A stretch of DNA of 64,000 nucleotides from Candidatus Bathyarchaeota archaeon. Its GTDB lineage: Archaea > Thermoproteota > Bathyarchaeia > Bathyarchaeales > Bathycorpusculaceae. Below are positions 39,912-49,423 of this stretch, piece after piece (the first letter of the stretch is position 1; each line of letters opens with the position of its first letter). The stretch lies in contig JAOZHU010000008.1 of NCBI GenBank assembly GCA_026014705.1, forward strand, positions 17,833 to 81,832. Reading direction: 5' to 3'. The position numbers were made by a program, and so were the translations under genes. The notes beneath the pieces were generated by a model, which was given only the letters and a program-made list of their open reading frames with translations, ran no database searches and was not told where the DNA came from.

Positions 39912-40757
39912 ATGTTCCATGTGGAAAAAATGAAAAGAAGCGACTTCCAATTCGCAGTTCAACTGGCAAATACAATGCAGTGGAACATGACAACAGAAGA
40001 CTTCAAGTTCATGAAAAACCTTGAGCCTGAAGGCTGTTTCACTCTTTTTTACGGCTCCGAACCCGTAGGCATCGCCACCTGCATCAGCTTCGACAAAGCA
40101 GGCTGGTTCGGCAACCTCATAGTCAAAGACGCTTACCGAGGACAAGGCGCAGGAACCCTCTTAGTCAACCATGCACTTAACTACCTGAAACGTGCATGCG
40201 TGGAGACTGTTGGACTCTACGCCTTCCCGCCTTTAGCAGGCTTCTACGAGCAGTTCGGCTTCAAACCTGACATGGATTTTCTGGTTCTCAAAGGCAAAAC
40301 TGCCTCACCCGCAACAGCTGGAACGCTGCAACCGCGAAAAGCAACAAAACAAGATTTCCCTGCAGTAATCGCCTTTGACGCGCAATGCTTCGGCGCACAG
40401 CGGAAAAAACTGCTGGAACCTCTGCTGTCTGGCGAAGGCAACCTGTGCTATATAGCAATCAGCGACCATGAAATCACGGGGTACTGCGCAGCAAAAGCTT
40501 ATGAGGAAACAGTTGAAGTTGGACCCTTAATGTGCCCTAAAAACCGTGTTGAAACCACCATCGCTCTTCTCAGAAGCGTCCTCAGCAAGTTGCCTAACCG
40601 CCCCGTTTTCGCTTGCGCCCCTGCCGAAGAAACCATCCTTCTCGAAACCTTGATCCAGATGGGATTGCAGGAAGACTTCCGCGTGACAAGAATGTTTTTA
40701 GGACCCGCTGTTGCTAAGGGCTGCACATACATGGCGGAGTCTCTGGAAAGAGGATGA
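39912..40757 (+). CDS. GNAT family N-acetyltransferase (tandem domain)
   Basis: YRGQGAG and FYEQFGF motifs. Confidence 0.88.
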   Translation: MFHVEKMKRSDFQFAVQLANTMQWNMTTEDFKFMKNLEPEGCFTLFYGSEPVGIATCISFDKAGWFGNLIVKDAYRGQGAGTLLVNHALNYLKRACVETVGLYAFPPLAGFYEQFGFKPDMDFLVLKGKTASPATAGTLQPRKATKQDFPAVIAFDAQCFGAQRKKLLEPLLSGEGNLCYIAISDHEITGYCAAKAYEETVEVGPLMCPKNRVETTIALLRSVLSKLPNRPVFACAPAEETILLETLIQMGLQEDFRVTRMFLGPAVAKGCTYMAESLERG

Positions 40758-40763
40758 TGCGTA

Positions 40764-42128
40764 GTGGCTGATGACTTGTGCCGCTTGCTTGTGGAGGGCT
40801 TCCTTGAAAGCTCATGGCCCTGCGTAGAAGCATTAGTGGCTAAGCTTGCCGTATTCAAAGCGGAAGAAAACCGACCAAGAGTCACACTGTTCCAGTTCAA
40901 AAACGGCAAGCGCGTTGACTCAACCTTCAACGGAAACCACTTCTTCCTCAGAGGCTCAGTTGAATACTCAAACCCGCAGTTAACAGTGGAAGAAGCCCAA
41001 GGAGTCATCGGCACCCGACTGCTGGCAACCTGCGGCAACTACTTCAGCGTTTACGGCTTGCACAAACCAGAAGCCAACGACATCGCCCAAATATGCGAAG
41101 CACTGCAAAAACCGCCCGAAGGGCGAATCGTGCCGTTCCTGCTGAACACGGATGACGTGGAGCCCGACCGTTATTCAATGAACCCGCTGAAATCGTCCAT
41201 CGCAACCAGCGGCCAAGGCGCTTTCCCAGCAGCCTACGTCAAAACCGACAGTCTCGCATTGGATTCGCAGTTTGTGGCAAGGTACGAGGGCAAACTGGTA
41301 ACCAGAAACGAAGCTGAACTCGTGAGCCGCTGCTTGGAAAACGCTGCGGGCTCGTACGTGGATTTTGTGGACGCCGTGAAATACGCGCAGCTTACGCAGC
41401 TTTCCGAAGTGTTCAGCATGGACTTGACGCTTCACGCGTTGCGCCTGCCCTTAGCAACGCTGCAATCCGAGACACACGATGGCTTGCTTCACCACGTTAT
41501 CAGCGAAGCGCATAGAAACTACGACGCAGTTAAGCAAGCGTACGACTGCATGGGCAGAAGCATGACTAAGCGGACAACGCTGTTGACTGTGCCGCACTCG
41601 CCGAAAGGCTACGGCTCCAAACGCGCAGCACGAGGCAGGATTCACTTTGACGGAAACAAGTTGACAAGCGTAAGCGTTACGTATCAGACAACTCGGCTTT
41701 ACCCGAACGATATCGACCCAGAAGACATTAGCGTTGCCCAAGCCAAAGACAACTTCACAGTAAGAGGCGAAGCGCTTGCTGACTACCGCTTCGCTGAGAC
41801 GCCGTCGTCGCCGCAGTTTTTCCTTTACTCGCTGGCTTCGCCTGAAAACGCTGCGCTGTGGCACGGTATCGGTGCTTTTGGTTCGCTGCAGCTTCTGCAG
41901 AGTTATGCAGCCGCGCGCGCTGCTTGCAGCAGAGGCGAACTGGTCAGGGATTTAACTGAGCGATTTGGCGTAAGCACCGAGGTGCCGTTACAGTTTAATC
42001 TTGCGCCCGAGTGCATGTGGGTTCACCCTGTGCACCGCAACATAGATGCGAGCATAGGCTGCGTGGAGAATCTTGCTGATTTAGCGCGGATGGGCATGAA
42101 ACTCGAGTATCTCTCAGCCTTCAGTTAG
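40764..42128 (+). CDS. Hypothetical protein (454 aa)
   Basis: Long intact operonic ORF; no motif recognised. Confidence 0.75.
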   Translation: MADDLCRLLVEGFLESSWPCVEALVAKLAVFKAEENRPRVTLFQFKNGKRVDSTFNGNHFFLRGSVEYSNPQLTVEEAQGVIGTRLLATCGNYFSVYGLHKPEANDIAQICEALQKPPEGRIVPFLLNTDDVEPDRYSMNPLKSSIATSGQGAFPAAYVKTDSLALDSQFVARYEGKLVTRNEAELVSRCLENAAGSYVDFVDAVKYAQLTQLSEVFSMDLTLHALRLPLATLQSETHDGLLHHVISEAHRNYDAVKQAYDCMGRSMTKRTTLLTVPHSPKGYGSKRAARGRIHFDGNKLTSVSVTYQTTRLYPNDIDPEDISVAQAKDNFTVRGEALADYRFAETPSSPQFFLYSLASPENAALWHGIGAFGSLQLLQSYAAARAACSRGELVRDLTERFGVSTEVPLQFNLAPECMWVHPVHRNIDASIGCVENLADLARMGMKLEYLSAFS

Positions 42129-42143
42129 GAGCGGGTGTGAGAC

Positions 42144-42674
42144 ATGGAGTGGCTGGAGGATATTGTTTTCAGTGTTTACCGCTTGTTGAGGCGGCTACGG
42201 TTGCGAGGACTACTACGGCTGGGGGCTTCAACCCGCAGGTTCACTGATGTCTTCAAGGGGTTCGAAAAAGTTGAAGCAGTGAAACGCATTTTCGGCGAAG
42301 AAACCGAGAAGGTTCTCCGCAACCTCAAAGTTGAGTTCATAGCGTTTGGCGGTTACATGGGCGTTGACGATGTGACGGGGCACTTGCTGGTTAATCCACG
42401 TTACCTGAAAAGCGGCGACAGAGTGGACATTTACTTGGACATTATCCACGAGCTTTATCATATCAAACAGTTCATGGAAGGCAAGGAACTTTTTGACAAC
42501 CGCTTTGAATACGTGGATAGACCAACTGAAATTGAGGCTTACAGCTACACGGTGCAGGAAGCGCGGCGGCTCGGACTAAGTGACGAGAGAATCTGTGAGT
42601 ATTTGAAAACTGAGTGGATGAGCGAACGCGATTTCAAACGGCTGGCGAAAGCAGTCAATGTTTCATGCTGTTAA
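42144..42674 (+). CDS. Hypothetical protein with HExxH zinc-metallopeptidase-like motif
   Basis: IIHELYHIKQ...EIEAY. Confidence 0.65.
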   Translation: MEWLEDIVFSVYRLLRRLRLRGLLRLGASTRRFTDVFKGFEKVEAVKRIFGEETEKVLRNLKVEFIAFGGYMGVDDVTGHLLVNPRYLKSGDRVDIYLDIIHELYHIKQFMEGKELFDNRFEYVDRPTEIEAYSYTVQEARRLGLSDERICEYLKTEWMSERDFKRLAKAVNVSCC

Positions 42675-43859
42675 CTCCAGCGCTTCACGGTAAACCGCCA
42701 GCATCCTCTCAGCGCACACGTTCCACGTGAAATTATCCATGACGAACCTGCGCCCATTAGCGCCCATCTTTTCACGCAGCCGTCCATCCTGCAGCAACCG
42801 CAGCAAAGCATCAGCTAACTCGTCGCTGCTGCCGCGTTTAACAAGCAACCCTGTTTCGCCGTTAACCATGGCTTCGTTTACGCCGCCCACATCAAAGGCA
42901 ACAACTGGCTTCGCTGTTGCCTGCGCCTCCAGCAGCACGATGCCCTGTCCTTCCTGAATGGACGGCAAAGCAAACACGTCGGCGCAGTTATAAACCGCTG
43001 TAAGCGCTTCTTCAGTTAACCCGCTCAAAAACGTGAAGTTGCCTAAGAGGCTGGCTTCATTTAGGCTTGTTGTTAACTGACTTTTCAGTGGTCCAGAGCC
43101 GACAATTACAAAGTGCGTGCTTGCTTCTTGTTTGACTATTTTTTTCGCAGCTTTGATGAGGAATGGTAAGCCTTTGCGCGGGATTAAGCTGCCTACGAAG
43201 AGCACGACGGGCTTGTTGTCTAACTTGAACTGTCGTTTCGCCGCTGCTGGGTCGTGGGTGGGTTTGAATTTTTCTGGGTCAACTCCGTTTGGGATGATGC
43301 GCACTTTCGCTGTGTCAACTTGGTAGTGTTTCTGTATTTTCTCCAGTGAATGCTTGCTTATTGTGGCTACGAGCGTCGCGTTTTTGGCTGTTTCCTCTTC
43401 CAGTTTGGCAAGCCTACGCATAAAGCGGTTGGCAAGGTTGTCCCTCAATGTTTGTTGTCTGTTCTTTTTAGCTTGTTCGTATTCATCAGCGAGGACGCCG
43501 TGAACCACATGTACGAACGGCTTGTTGCTGCCCTGTTTCTTTAGCGCCTTTAGGAATCCGTAGCCGCTTGAAAGGTGCGCTTCATAGACATCTGCGTGTA
43601 GCTCGCTGGTTTTCTTGGAGAGGCTTCTGTTAAAAGACCAATTGTCTAAAGGGAAGAGTTTATCTGTTGAACGGCATGGAACATAGTTTACTCCGTTGAT
43701 TACTGTTGGCTGTTTGAAGCCTGCTTTGGTGCCGCTGTAAACTGTGATGTCTGCTTGCTGGCTAAGTCGCTTCGTGATTTCGGTTATGCGCCGCTCTACG
43801 CCTCCAAAGTACAAGTGCGGCGGCTGCGTGTTGAACACGGCTAAACGAAACTTTCCCAT
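42663..43859 (-). CDS. Glycosyltransferase family 4
   Basis: GGVE, IPNGVD, FVGSLIPRKG and EGQGIVLLEA motifs. Confidence 0.92.
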   Translation of the reverse strand: MGKFRLAVFNTQPPHLYFGGVERRITEITKRLSQQADITVYSGTKAGFKQPTVINGVNYVPCRSTDKLFPLDNWSFNRSLSKKTSELHADVYEAHLSSGYGFLKALKKQGSNKPFVHVVHGVLADEYEQAKKNRQQTLRDNLANRFMRRLAKLEEETAKNATLVATISKHSLEKIQKHYQVDTAKVRIIPNGVDPEKFKPTHDPAAAKRQFKLDNKPVVLFVGSLIPRKGLPFLIKAAKKIVKQEASTHFVIVGSGPLKSQLTTSLNEASLLGNFTFLSGLTEEALTAVYNCADVFALPSIQEGQGIVLLEAQATAKPVVAFDVGGVNEAMVNGETGLLVKRGSSDELADALLRLLQDGRLREKMGANGRRFVMDNFTWNVCAERMLAVYREALELTA

Positions 43860-43946
43860 AGACGCACTGCTCTTTGGTTATCTTCTAGAGACGCTAATGC
43901 TTTTATATACTATCGTCTTGTAATTGCGGATATACTGGGATGCAAG

Positions 43947-46900
43947 GTGACTGCCAAACCGAACGCTGATTCAAGTTTAAGCCTTACGCCAGATTACCGT
44001 CCGCTTGAGCTGGAAAAGGAAATTCGCGAGTTCTGGGAAACCAGCCGAATCCGCGAGAAACTGGAACTCAAAGAAAAAAACTGCAAGGGCATCTTGGGCT
44101 ACGTGGAAGGACCGCCTACCCTGAACGGCATTCCACATATCGGTCACGCCAGAGGACGCGTGATGAAAGACATCCGCTACCGCTGGAAGACCATGCAGGG
44201 TTACTACGTGCCTTTCTGGGCAGGCTGGGACTGCCAAGGCTTACCCGTGGAGTTGGAAGTGGAAAAGCTTCTGGGCGTGAAGAACAAGCGGGAACTCGTG
44301 GAGCGCGTAGGAGAAGAACGCTTCATTGAAGAATGCAAAAAAGTCATCATGCGCTACCACCGCGAATGGGTGGAAGCCGACAAGCGATTGGGCATAGCGA
44401 TAAACCAAGAAAAAGCGTACTGGACCTACCGTGACGAGTACATAGAACGCGAATGGCAAATACTCAAGCGCGCTTGGGAACAGAACCTGCTGGAAGAAGG
44501 CTACTACGTGGTGGCGTACTGCCCCGGATGCCAAACATCCTTGAGTAGCGCTGAAGTGGGATACGAAGGCTCCTATAAGGAAGTGGAAGACCCCTCACTT
44601 TACTTTAAGTTTAGAGTGGCAGATGAGCCGAACGAGTTTTTCCTCGTGTGGACCACCATGCCGTTCACGATTATAACCGACACCATGCTTGCCGTGCATC
44701 CTGAAGCGGAGTACGCTAAAGTGCGAGTTGGCGACGAAACTTGGATTATGGCGCGGCAACGCGTGGAACCCGTCATGCAGGAACTCGGCATCGCAAAATA
44801 CGAAATCGCCGCGGTAGTAACGGGCAAAAGCCTCGAAGGCGCAAAATACGATTACCCGCTTAAAGACATAATCCCGAAGCAGGTTGAGCTTGAAGGAAAA
44901 CATGCGCTTGTGCACAGGGTCATAGGCGAAGACTTCGTGGACCTGAACACTGCCACAGGCGTTGTGCATCTGTCGCCCGGCAACGGTGAAGAAGACTTCT
45001 GGGCTGCACATAAACGCGGCGTGCCAATCTTCGCGCCTTTTGACGATGAGGTCAAATTCACCAAAGACGGAGGCATATTTAACGGCGTCTTCGCAAGAGA
45101 CGCGGACATGCTGGTGGTTGAGGAACTGCGCAGCAGAAACGCCTTCGTGAAAGTTAGCAAAGTCAAACACGAGTACCCCACGTGCTGGCGGTCGCATCAC
45201 AAACTGGTTTGGTTGGCAAGAAAAGAGTATTTCCTGCGAACCGACAGGATAAACAGCAAGGTGCTTGAAGCCGCCGAGAAAACCACCTACTACTTTGACG
45301 AGCCCAAAAACCGTTTCGTGGCTTTCCTGAAAGAAGGCAAACCATGGTGCATCTCACGCGAACGCGTTTGGGGTACGCCTTTGCCCATTTGGGCATGCGA
45401 CAATTGTGGGCAAAAACGGGTTGTAGCCAGCCAAAAAGAACTCGCAGCCGACGCGCTGGAGCAAGTGCCTGCGAACTTCGAGTTGCATAAGCCGTGGGTT
45501 GACCGCGTAACGCTAAAGTGCACCAAATGCAGCGGCACAATGCACCGTGAAGATTATGTTTTGGACACGTGGCACAACAGCGGCGCCTCGCCGTACGCAA
45601 GGTTTACAGATGAGGAAGTGGCAAGATTCGTGCCCACCGACTTCTTAACCGAAGGTATAGACCAGACTCGCGGGTGGGCTAACTCGTTGTTGCTGGAGCA
45701 CGTGATATTAACGGGCAAGCCCGAGAGTCCTTACCGCGCTTTCCTGTTCCAAGGGTTAACACAGGACGCGAAAGGCAGAAAAATGAGCAAAAGCTTAGGT
45801 AATGTAGTAGAGACAAACAAGCTTCTGGATAAGTACTCAGCGGACTTGTGCAGGTTCTACATGATGCGGAAGTGCGCGCCGATAGACTTCATGAACTTTG
45901 ACCTGCAGGAGCTTAACCGCCGTTCTTACCAAGTGTTGTCTACACTGTATCATCTGAGCAGGTTCTTCCTGCAGAACGCCGAGTTCGACGGATTTAAGCC
46001 ATCAAGAAAACAGCGGTTTACAGGCAGAACGCTGGACACGTTGCAGCCTCCAGACCAGTGGCTGCTCTCGAAACTGCAATCAGCTATCAAAGAATACACT
46101 GCTAAGCTGGAAATTTGCCAGTTCAACGCTGCCCTCGCAATCTTGGAGGATTTCGTCATAGACACACTAAGCCGGCTCTACGTGCCGATGATACGGAAAG
46201 AACTCTGGACTGACGACCCTGAAACCCGAGAAAGACGACTTGCAATATACGCCATACTGCATTACACGTTGAAGACGATTACTCTGCTTTTCAACCCTGT
46301 TACGCCTTACCTGAGCGAAGCACTTCACCAGAAGGTCTACAGAAAACTCGACCCAACGCTGCCTGAATCCGTGAACTTCGAACAGTGGCCTGAACCAGAA
46401 GAAAAAATGCGAAACGAAACCGTGGAGCAGCAATTCGACACCTTGTTCAAATGCGTTTCCTTAGCTTACGCCGCCAGGCAACAAGCAAAACTCAAGCGAA
46501 GATGGCCACTCAGCAAAATAATTGTCGCCGCGCCAGCAAACGTCGTTAACGCCCTAAAAAACGTGGAATCGTTATTCTTGGAGCTAACAAACGTTAAAGC
46601 CGCAGAATACGCCCCGCAAGTTCCAGATTACGTCGCAGGAGAAAACTGGGCATCCGCCTCAGAAAACGAAATACATGTGTTCGTAAGTGGACACCGCGAC
46701 GAAAAACTGTTAGGCGAGGGTCTCATGCGGGACCTAGCACGCCGAGTTCAAGCATTGCGAAAGGAACGCGGCTACGTGCCCACAGACATTCTAGATGCCG
46801 TCCACATTGCCGAGCTTGACGGGGAAAGCACAGGGCTACTGGAGCCATACTTGAAGGAGATGGCGGAGCTAGTTCGCGCCAAAAAAGTGTACTTGCACTC

Positions 46901-46976
46901 GAGCCGCAGCGAAGTTGAAGCCGACTGGTGCGAGTACCAAGTGGACGACAAGAAAATCTACATAACAATCCACTGA
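43947..46976 (+). CDS. ileS: Isoleucine--tRNA ligase
   Basis: EGPPTLNG.PHIGH, GWDCQGLPVE, WTTMPFT, WCISRER.WGTP, EGIDQTRGW and KMSKS motifs. Confidence 0.96.
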   Translation: MTAKPNADSSLSLTPDYRPLELEKEIREFWETSRIREKLELKEKNCKGILGYVEGPPTLNGIPHIGHARGRVMKDIRYRWKTMQGYYVPFWAGWDCQGLPVELEVEKLLGVKNKRELVERVGEERFIEECKKVIMRYHREWVEADKRLGIAINQEKAYWTYRDEYIEREWQILKRAWEQNLLEEGYYVVAYCPGCQTSLSSAEVGYEGSYKEVEDPSLYFKFRVADEPNEFFLVWTTMPFTIITDTMLAVHPEAEYAKVRVGDETWIMARQRVEPVMQELGIAKYEIAAVVTGKSLEGAKYDYPLKDIIPKQVELEGKHALVHRVIGEDFVDLNTATGVVHLSPGNGEEDFWAAHKRGVPIFAPFDDEVKFTKDGGIFNGVFARDADMLVVEELRSRNAFVKVSKVKHEYPTCWRSHHKLVWLARKEYFLRTDRINSKVLEAAEKTTYYFDEPKNRFVAFLKEGKPWCISRERVWGTPLPIWACDNCGQKRVVASQKELAADALEQVPANFELHKPWVDRVTLKCTKCSGTMHREDYVLDTWHNSGASPYARFTDEEVARFVPTDFLTEGIDQTRGWANSLLLEHVILTGKPESPYRAFLFQGLTQDAKGRKMSKSLGNVVETNKLLDKYSADLCRFYMMRKCAPIDFMNFDLQELNRRSYQVLSTLYHLSRFFLQNAEFDGFKPSRKQRFTGRTLDTLQPPDQWLLSKLQSAIKEYTAKLEICQFNAALAILEDFVIDTLSRLYVPMIRKELWTDDPETRERRLAIYAILHYTLKTITLLFNPVTPYLSEALHQKVYRKLDPTLPESVNFEQWPEPEEKMRNETVEQQFDTLFKCVSLAYAARQQAKLKRRWPLSKIIVAAPANVVNALKNVESLFLELTNVKAAEYAPQVPDYVAGENWASASENEIHVFVSGHRDEKLLGEGLMRDLARRVQALRKERGYVPTDILDAVHIAELDGESTGLLEPYLKEMAELVRAKKVYLHSSRSEVEADWCEYQVDDKKIYITIH

Positions 46977-47053
46977 CGCATCAGCGGCACGAAGATATTC
47001 GGCATTCACCATAGGCGACTGAAGAATAAAAAAATGGGAGAATTTTCGGTTTA

Positions 47054-47611
47054 CTAATACGCAGTTGGCGGGGGAGGCGGAGGCGGATAAGCTGCGGCTT
47101 CTGCCGGCTTCTTCATCGATGCAACAAACATCAGTATTGCCGCAACCAAGGCAATCCAGAAACCAAACGACAGATACGCCGAGTAATTCACAGTTGTTCC
47201 CTCGTAGTCCATGGAACCACCGCCGAACAGTCCTACTGCTGGCAAGTCCTCTGCTGGCGGTGAACTTGAAAGTTCAAGCTGCAGTCCCACCGCGAAAATT
47301 ATGATTGCGAGTAACGCAAGCACTCCGCCGATGGCAACTAGTTTCGCCTTATTGATTTTCACGCTGGCTATGATGCATATCACTCCAGCAGTCAGCACTA
47401 GTGCAAGGGCGACATAGCCATACCAGATTCCTAAGTCTGCGGCTTCTGACATCCCTAACCCTGATACAGTTGCTTGGTACGGATACACTGAGAAGTCCAT
47501 TGAGAAGCCCATGCCCATTATCGAACTAGAAATCGACAGTGCCCACCATGGTAACGCTAAGCTGACGAACGCCAGTATGCCTCCAATAACGCCGATAATA
47601 TTCAGTTTCAA
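47054..47611 (-). CDS. Hypothetical 4-TM membrane protein with poly-Pro tail
   Basis: LPWW motif, TM helices, YPPPPPPPTAY end. Confidence 0.75.
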   Translation of the reverse strand: MKLNIIGVIGGILAFVSLALPWWALSISSSIMGMGFSMDFSVYPYQATVSGLGMSEAADLGIWYGYVALALVLTAGVICIIASVKINKAKLVAIGGVLALLAIIIFAVGLQLELSSSPPAEDLPAVGLFGGGSMDYEGTTVNYSAYLSFGFWIALVAAILMFVASMKKPAEAAAYPPPPPPPTAY

Positions 47612-47811
47612 AGGGTCATTCTCCTCGCATTCATGTTATTCGGTTAGCTTATAAGACTTCTTACCGAAATGAACCTATTACTGGTACATATTGTCAATCA
47701 CATGCCGGCGCGGTTCTGAAACTTAAACTAATGTAAACCTAATCGACGCTTTCCTGCGAAAAAGCAAAAAAAGGGAGTTTGGCTCTCTTTGAAGCACCAA
47801 ACAAGCAGTCT

Positions 47812-48324
47812 TCAGCTTGGCGGTGGCGGCGGAGGCGGCGAAGCAGAAGCGAACGCTTGCTTCACTTGGACAACCGTGGTTCCAGCCATTCGATCAGTAT
47901 ATTTCTGTCGTCTGTCAGGTCCTGGCGTTGCAATTCCGATTATCCAGTCTAACAGCAGGAAAAAGCCATATATTTTGCTTATGTTGCGGATAAATGCTGC
48001 GTTGAACATTAGTTTGCTGCCGTTTACCATCTGCACTTTGAACCCTAGGACTTTTTTGCCTATTGTAGCGCCAGAGTTAACTTCCATGAACGCGAAATAG
48101 AGCACTTGGAGTAGACCTAAGATAAAGAGCATCAGGAACCAGCTCCACCACGGCGCATAGGAAACTGTGACACCCCAAACCGTGTAAGAAGGCCAGAGTA
48201 TCCCTGAAAGTAGCCAGAATATGATGTACGCCGGAATGCCGATTATTATGCTGTCAATGACGAGTGCGAGAAATCGAAAGAGCCAATGATTCAAGTCAAG
48301 TTCTGAACTGCTCCCTGTTGTCAT
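47812..48324 (-). CDS. RDD family protein
   Basis: RFLALVIDS, GATIGKKVLG and RQKYTDRMAGTTVV motifs. Confidence 0.9.
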   Translation of the reverse strand: MTTGSSSELDLNHWLFRFLALVIDSIIIGIPAYIIFWLLSGILWPSYTVWGVTVSYAPWWSWFLMLFILGLLQVLYFAFMEVNSGATIGKKVLGFKVQMVNGSKLMFNAAFIRNISKIYGFFLLLDWIIGIATPGPDRRQKYTDRMAGTTVVQVKQAFASASPPPPPPPS

Positions 48325-48508
48325 GTTTTATCAACTCCCATGCTATTTCGTAACAAGGTGTTATTATCATTTTCTATCACGGAAACAAACGCGCCACAGA
48401 CCGTGTTGCCCCTGTTTTTCGGGCGGTTTCACTGTTCAATCGCCCCGCGCGAAGTGGGTTAAGCTTATAAAACCCAGCGATGCTAAATAGTATCTCTGAG
48501 GTGTCACA

Positions 48509-48889
48509 TTGGCCAAACTGCAAAAAGAGAAAAGCGTAACCAAAGACAGACTCATCGGCATGACAGTTATCGACTCAGAAGGAAACATCGTAGGAACAGT
48601 TAAAGATGTAGGCTTCACTATTGGGAAAGCTGGAATTTCCCTAAGCGTCGAAGACAAAGACGGCGAAATCCGAAGCGTTTCATGGGACAACATCCAAGGA
48701 GCAGGAGACTTCGTCATCCTGAAGCCCGCCGCGGCAGAACCAGCAGCCGTCGCGCAACCAGTACAAGCGGCACAGGCGGCTCAACCAGCCCAGGCAGCAC
48801 AGCCGACATGCCCAACATGCCGTGGTCCGCTGAGCTATATTCAGCAGTACCAGAGATGGTATTGCTATAAATGCCAAAAATACGTGTAG
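48509..48889 (+). CDS. PRC-barrel protein with C-terminal zinc ribbon
   Basis: LIGMTVIDSEGNIVGTVKDV; CPTC...WYCYKC. Confidence 0.85.
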   Translation: MAKLQKEKSVTKDRLIGMTVIDSEGNIVGTVKDVGFTIGKAGISLSVEDKDGEIRSVSWDNIQGAGDFVILKPAAAEPAAVAQPVQAAQAAQPAQAAQPTCPTCRGPLSYIQQYQRWYCYKCQKYV

Positions 48890-49048
48890 CCTCGTTTTGG
48901 GCATCACTCTCCGCCATTTTTCTTTATTTCCTTCAAATTGAACGGTGCGGTAATGGCTTTTTGTGATTATGTTCATTGTGCTATTGCAGGAAGGCGCCGA
49001 AAACGCTAAATTCTCATGTTGCATGCTCTCTGTAGAATGGCAAGCGTT

Positions 49049-49123
49049 GGGCCGGTAGTTCAGTCTGGTATGAACGCTTGATTCGCAATCAAGAAGCCGC
49101 GGGTTCAAATCCCGCCCGGTCCA
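49049..49123 (+). tRNA. tRNA-Ala(CGC), integration target
   Basis: GGGCCGG/CCGGTCC acceptor with G3:U70; CTTGA-TTCGCAA-TCAAG anticodon arm. Confidence 0.96.
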
Positions 49124-49125
49124 CT
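49082..49125 (+). repeat. attL core (44 bp, 3' half of tRNA-Ala)
   Basis: ttcgcaatcaagaagccgcgggttcaaatcccgcccggtccact, identical to 62236-62279. Confidence 0.97.
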
Positions 49126-49303
49126 CCACCCTTTCCTGCGGGAAAGCGTGGACGGAAATGGGTTGTTTTGGTTGATTGATGGATTCTATGGCTTCTATGC
49201 AGGCTTTTATGGCGTTTTCGCTGATTTTAGAGATGTTTAATCCTAATTCTTTGCCCTTTTCGTAGATTTTTTGGTCTATTGTTACGCTCACTTTTTTTCG
49301 CAT
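49082..49303 (-). CDS. Integrase N-terminal fragment, int(N), with RHH/CcdA-like domain
   Basis: MRKKVSVTIDQKIYEKGKELGLNISKISENAI... reads in frame through att (WTGRDLNPRLLDCE). Confidence 0.85.
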
Positions 49304-49330
49304 CCTACTTTCGCTCTCCCCATCCGTACC

Positions 49331-49350
49331 TATACGCATACATGCGTATA
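49331..49350. promoter_or_regulatory. Perfect inverted repeat upstream of int(N)
   Basis: tatacgcat-ac-atgcgtata, overlapping a TATA-like tract. Confidence 0.6.
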
Positions 49351-49423
49351 TATGCCGTTGGGAGTTGAACTTTATTGTGATTTGAAAGAAAAGAGGGAAA
49401 TATTGTTGTGCACTTTTGATTCC

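Noticed and set aside
48740..48805. Short tandem repeats encoding AQPVQAAQAAQPAQAAQP
   Set aside because: Ordinary low-complexity linker within the PRC-barrel protein.
48680..49339. 219-aa ORF as a single gene
   Set aside because: Only 49303-49082 is int(N); the remainder is antisense read-through over tRNA-Ala and the PRC-barrel gene.
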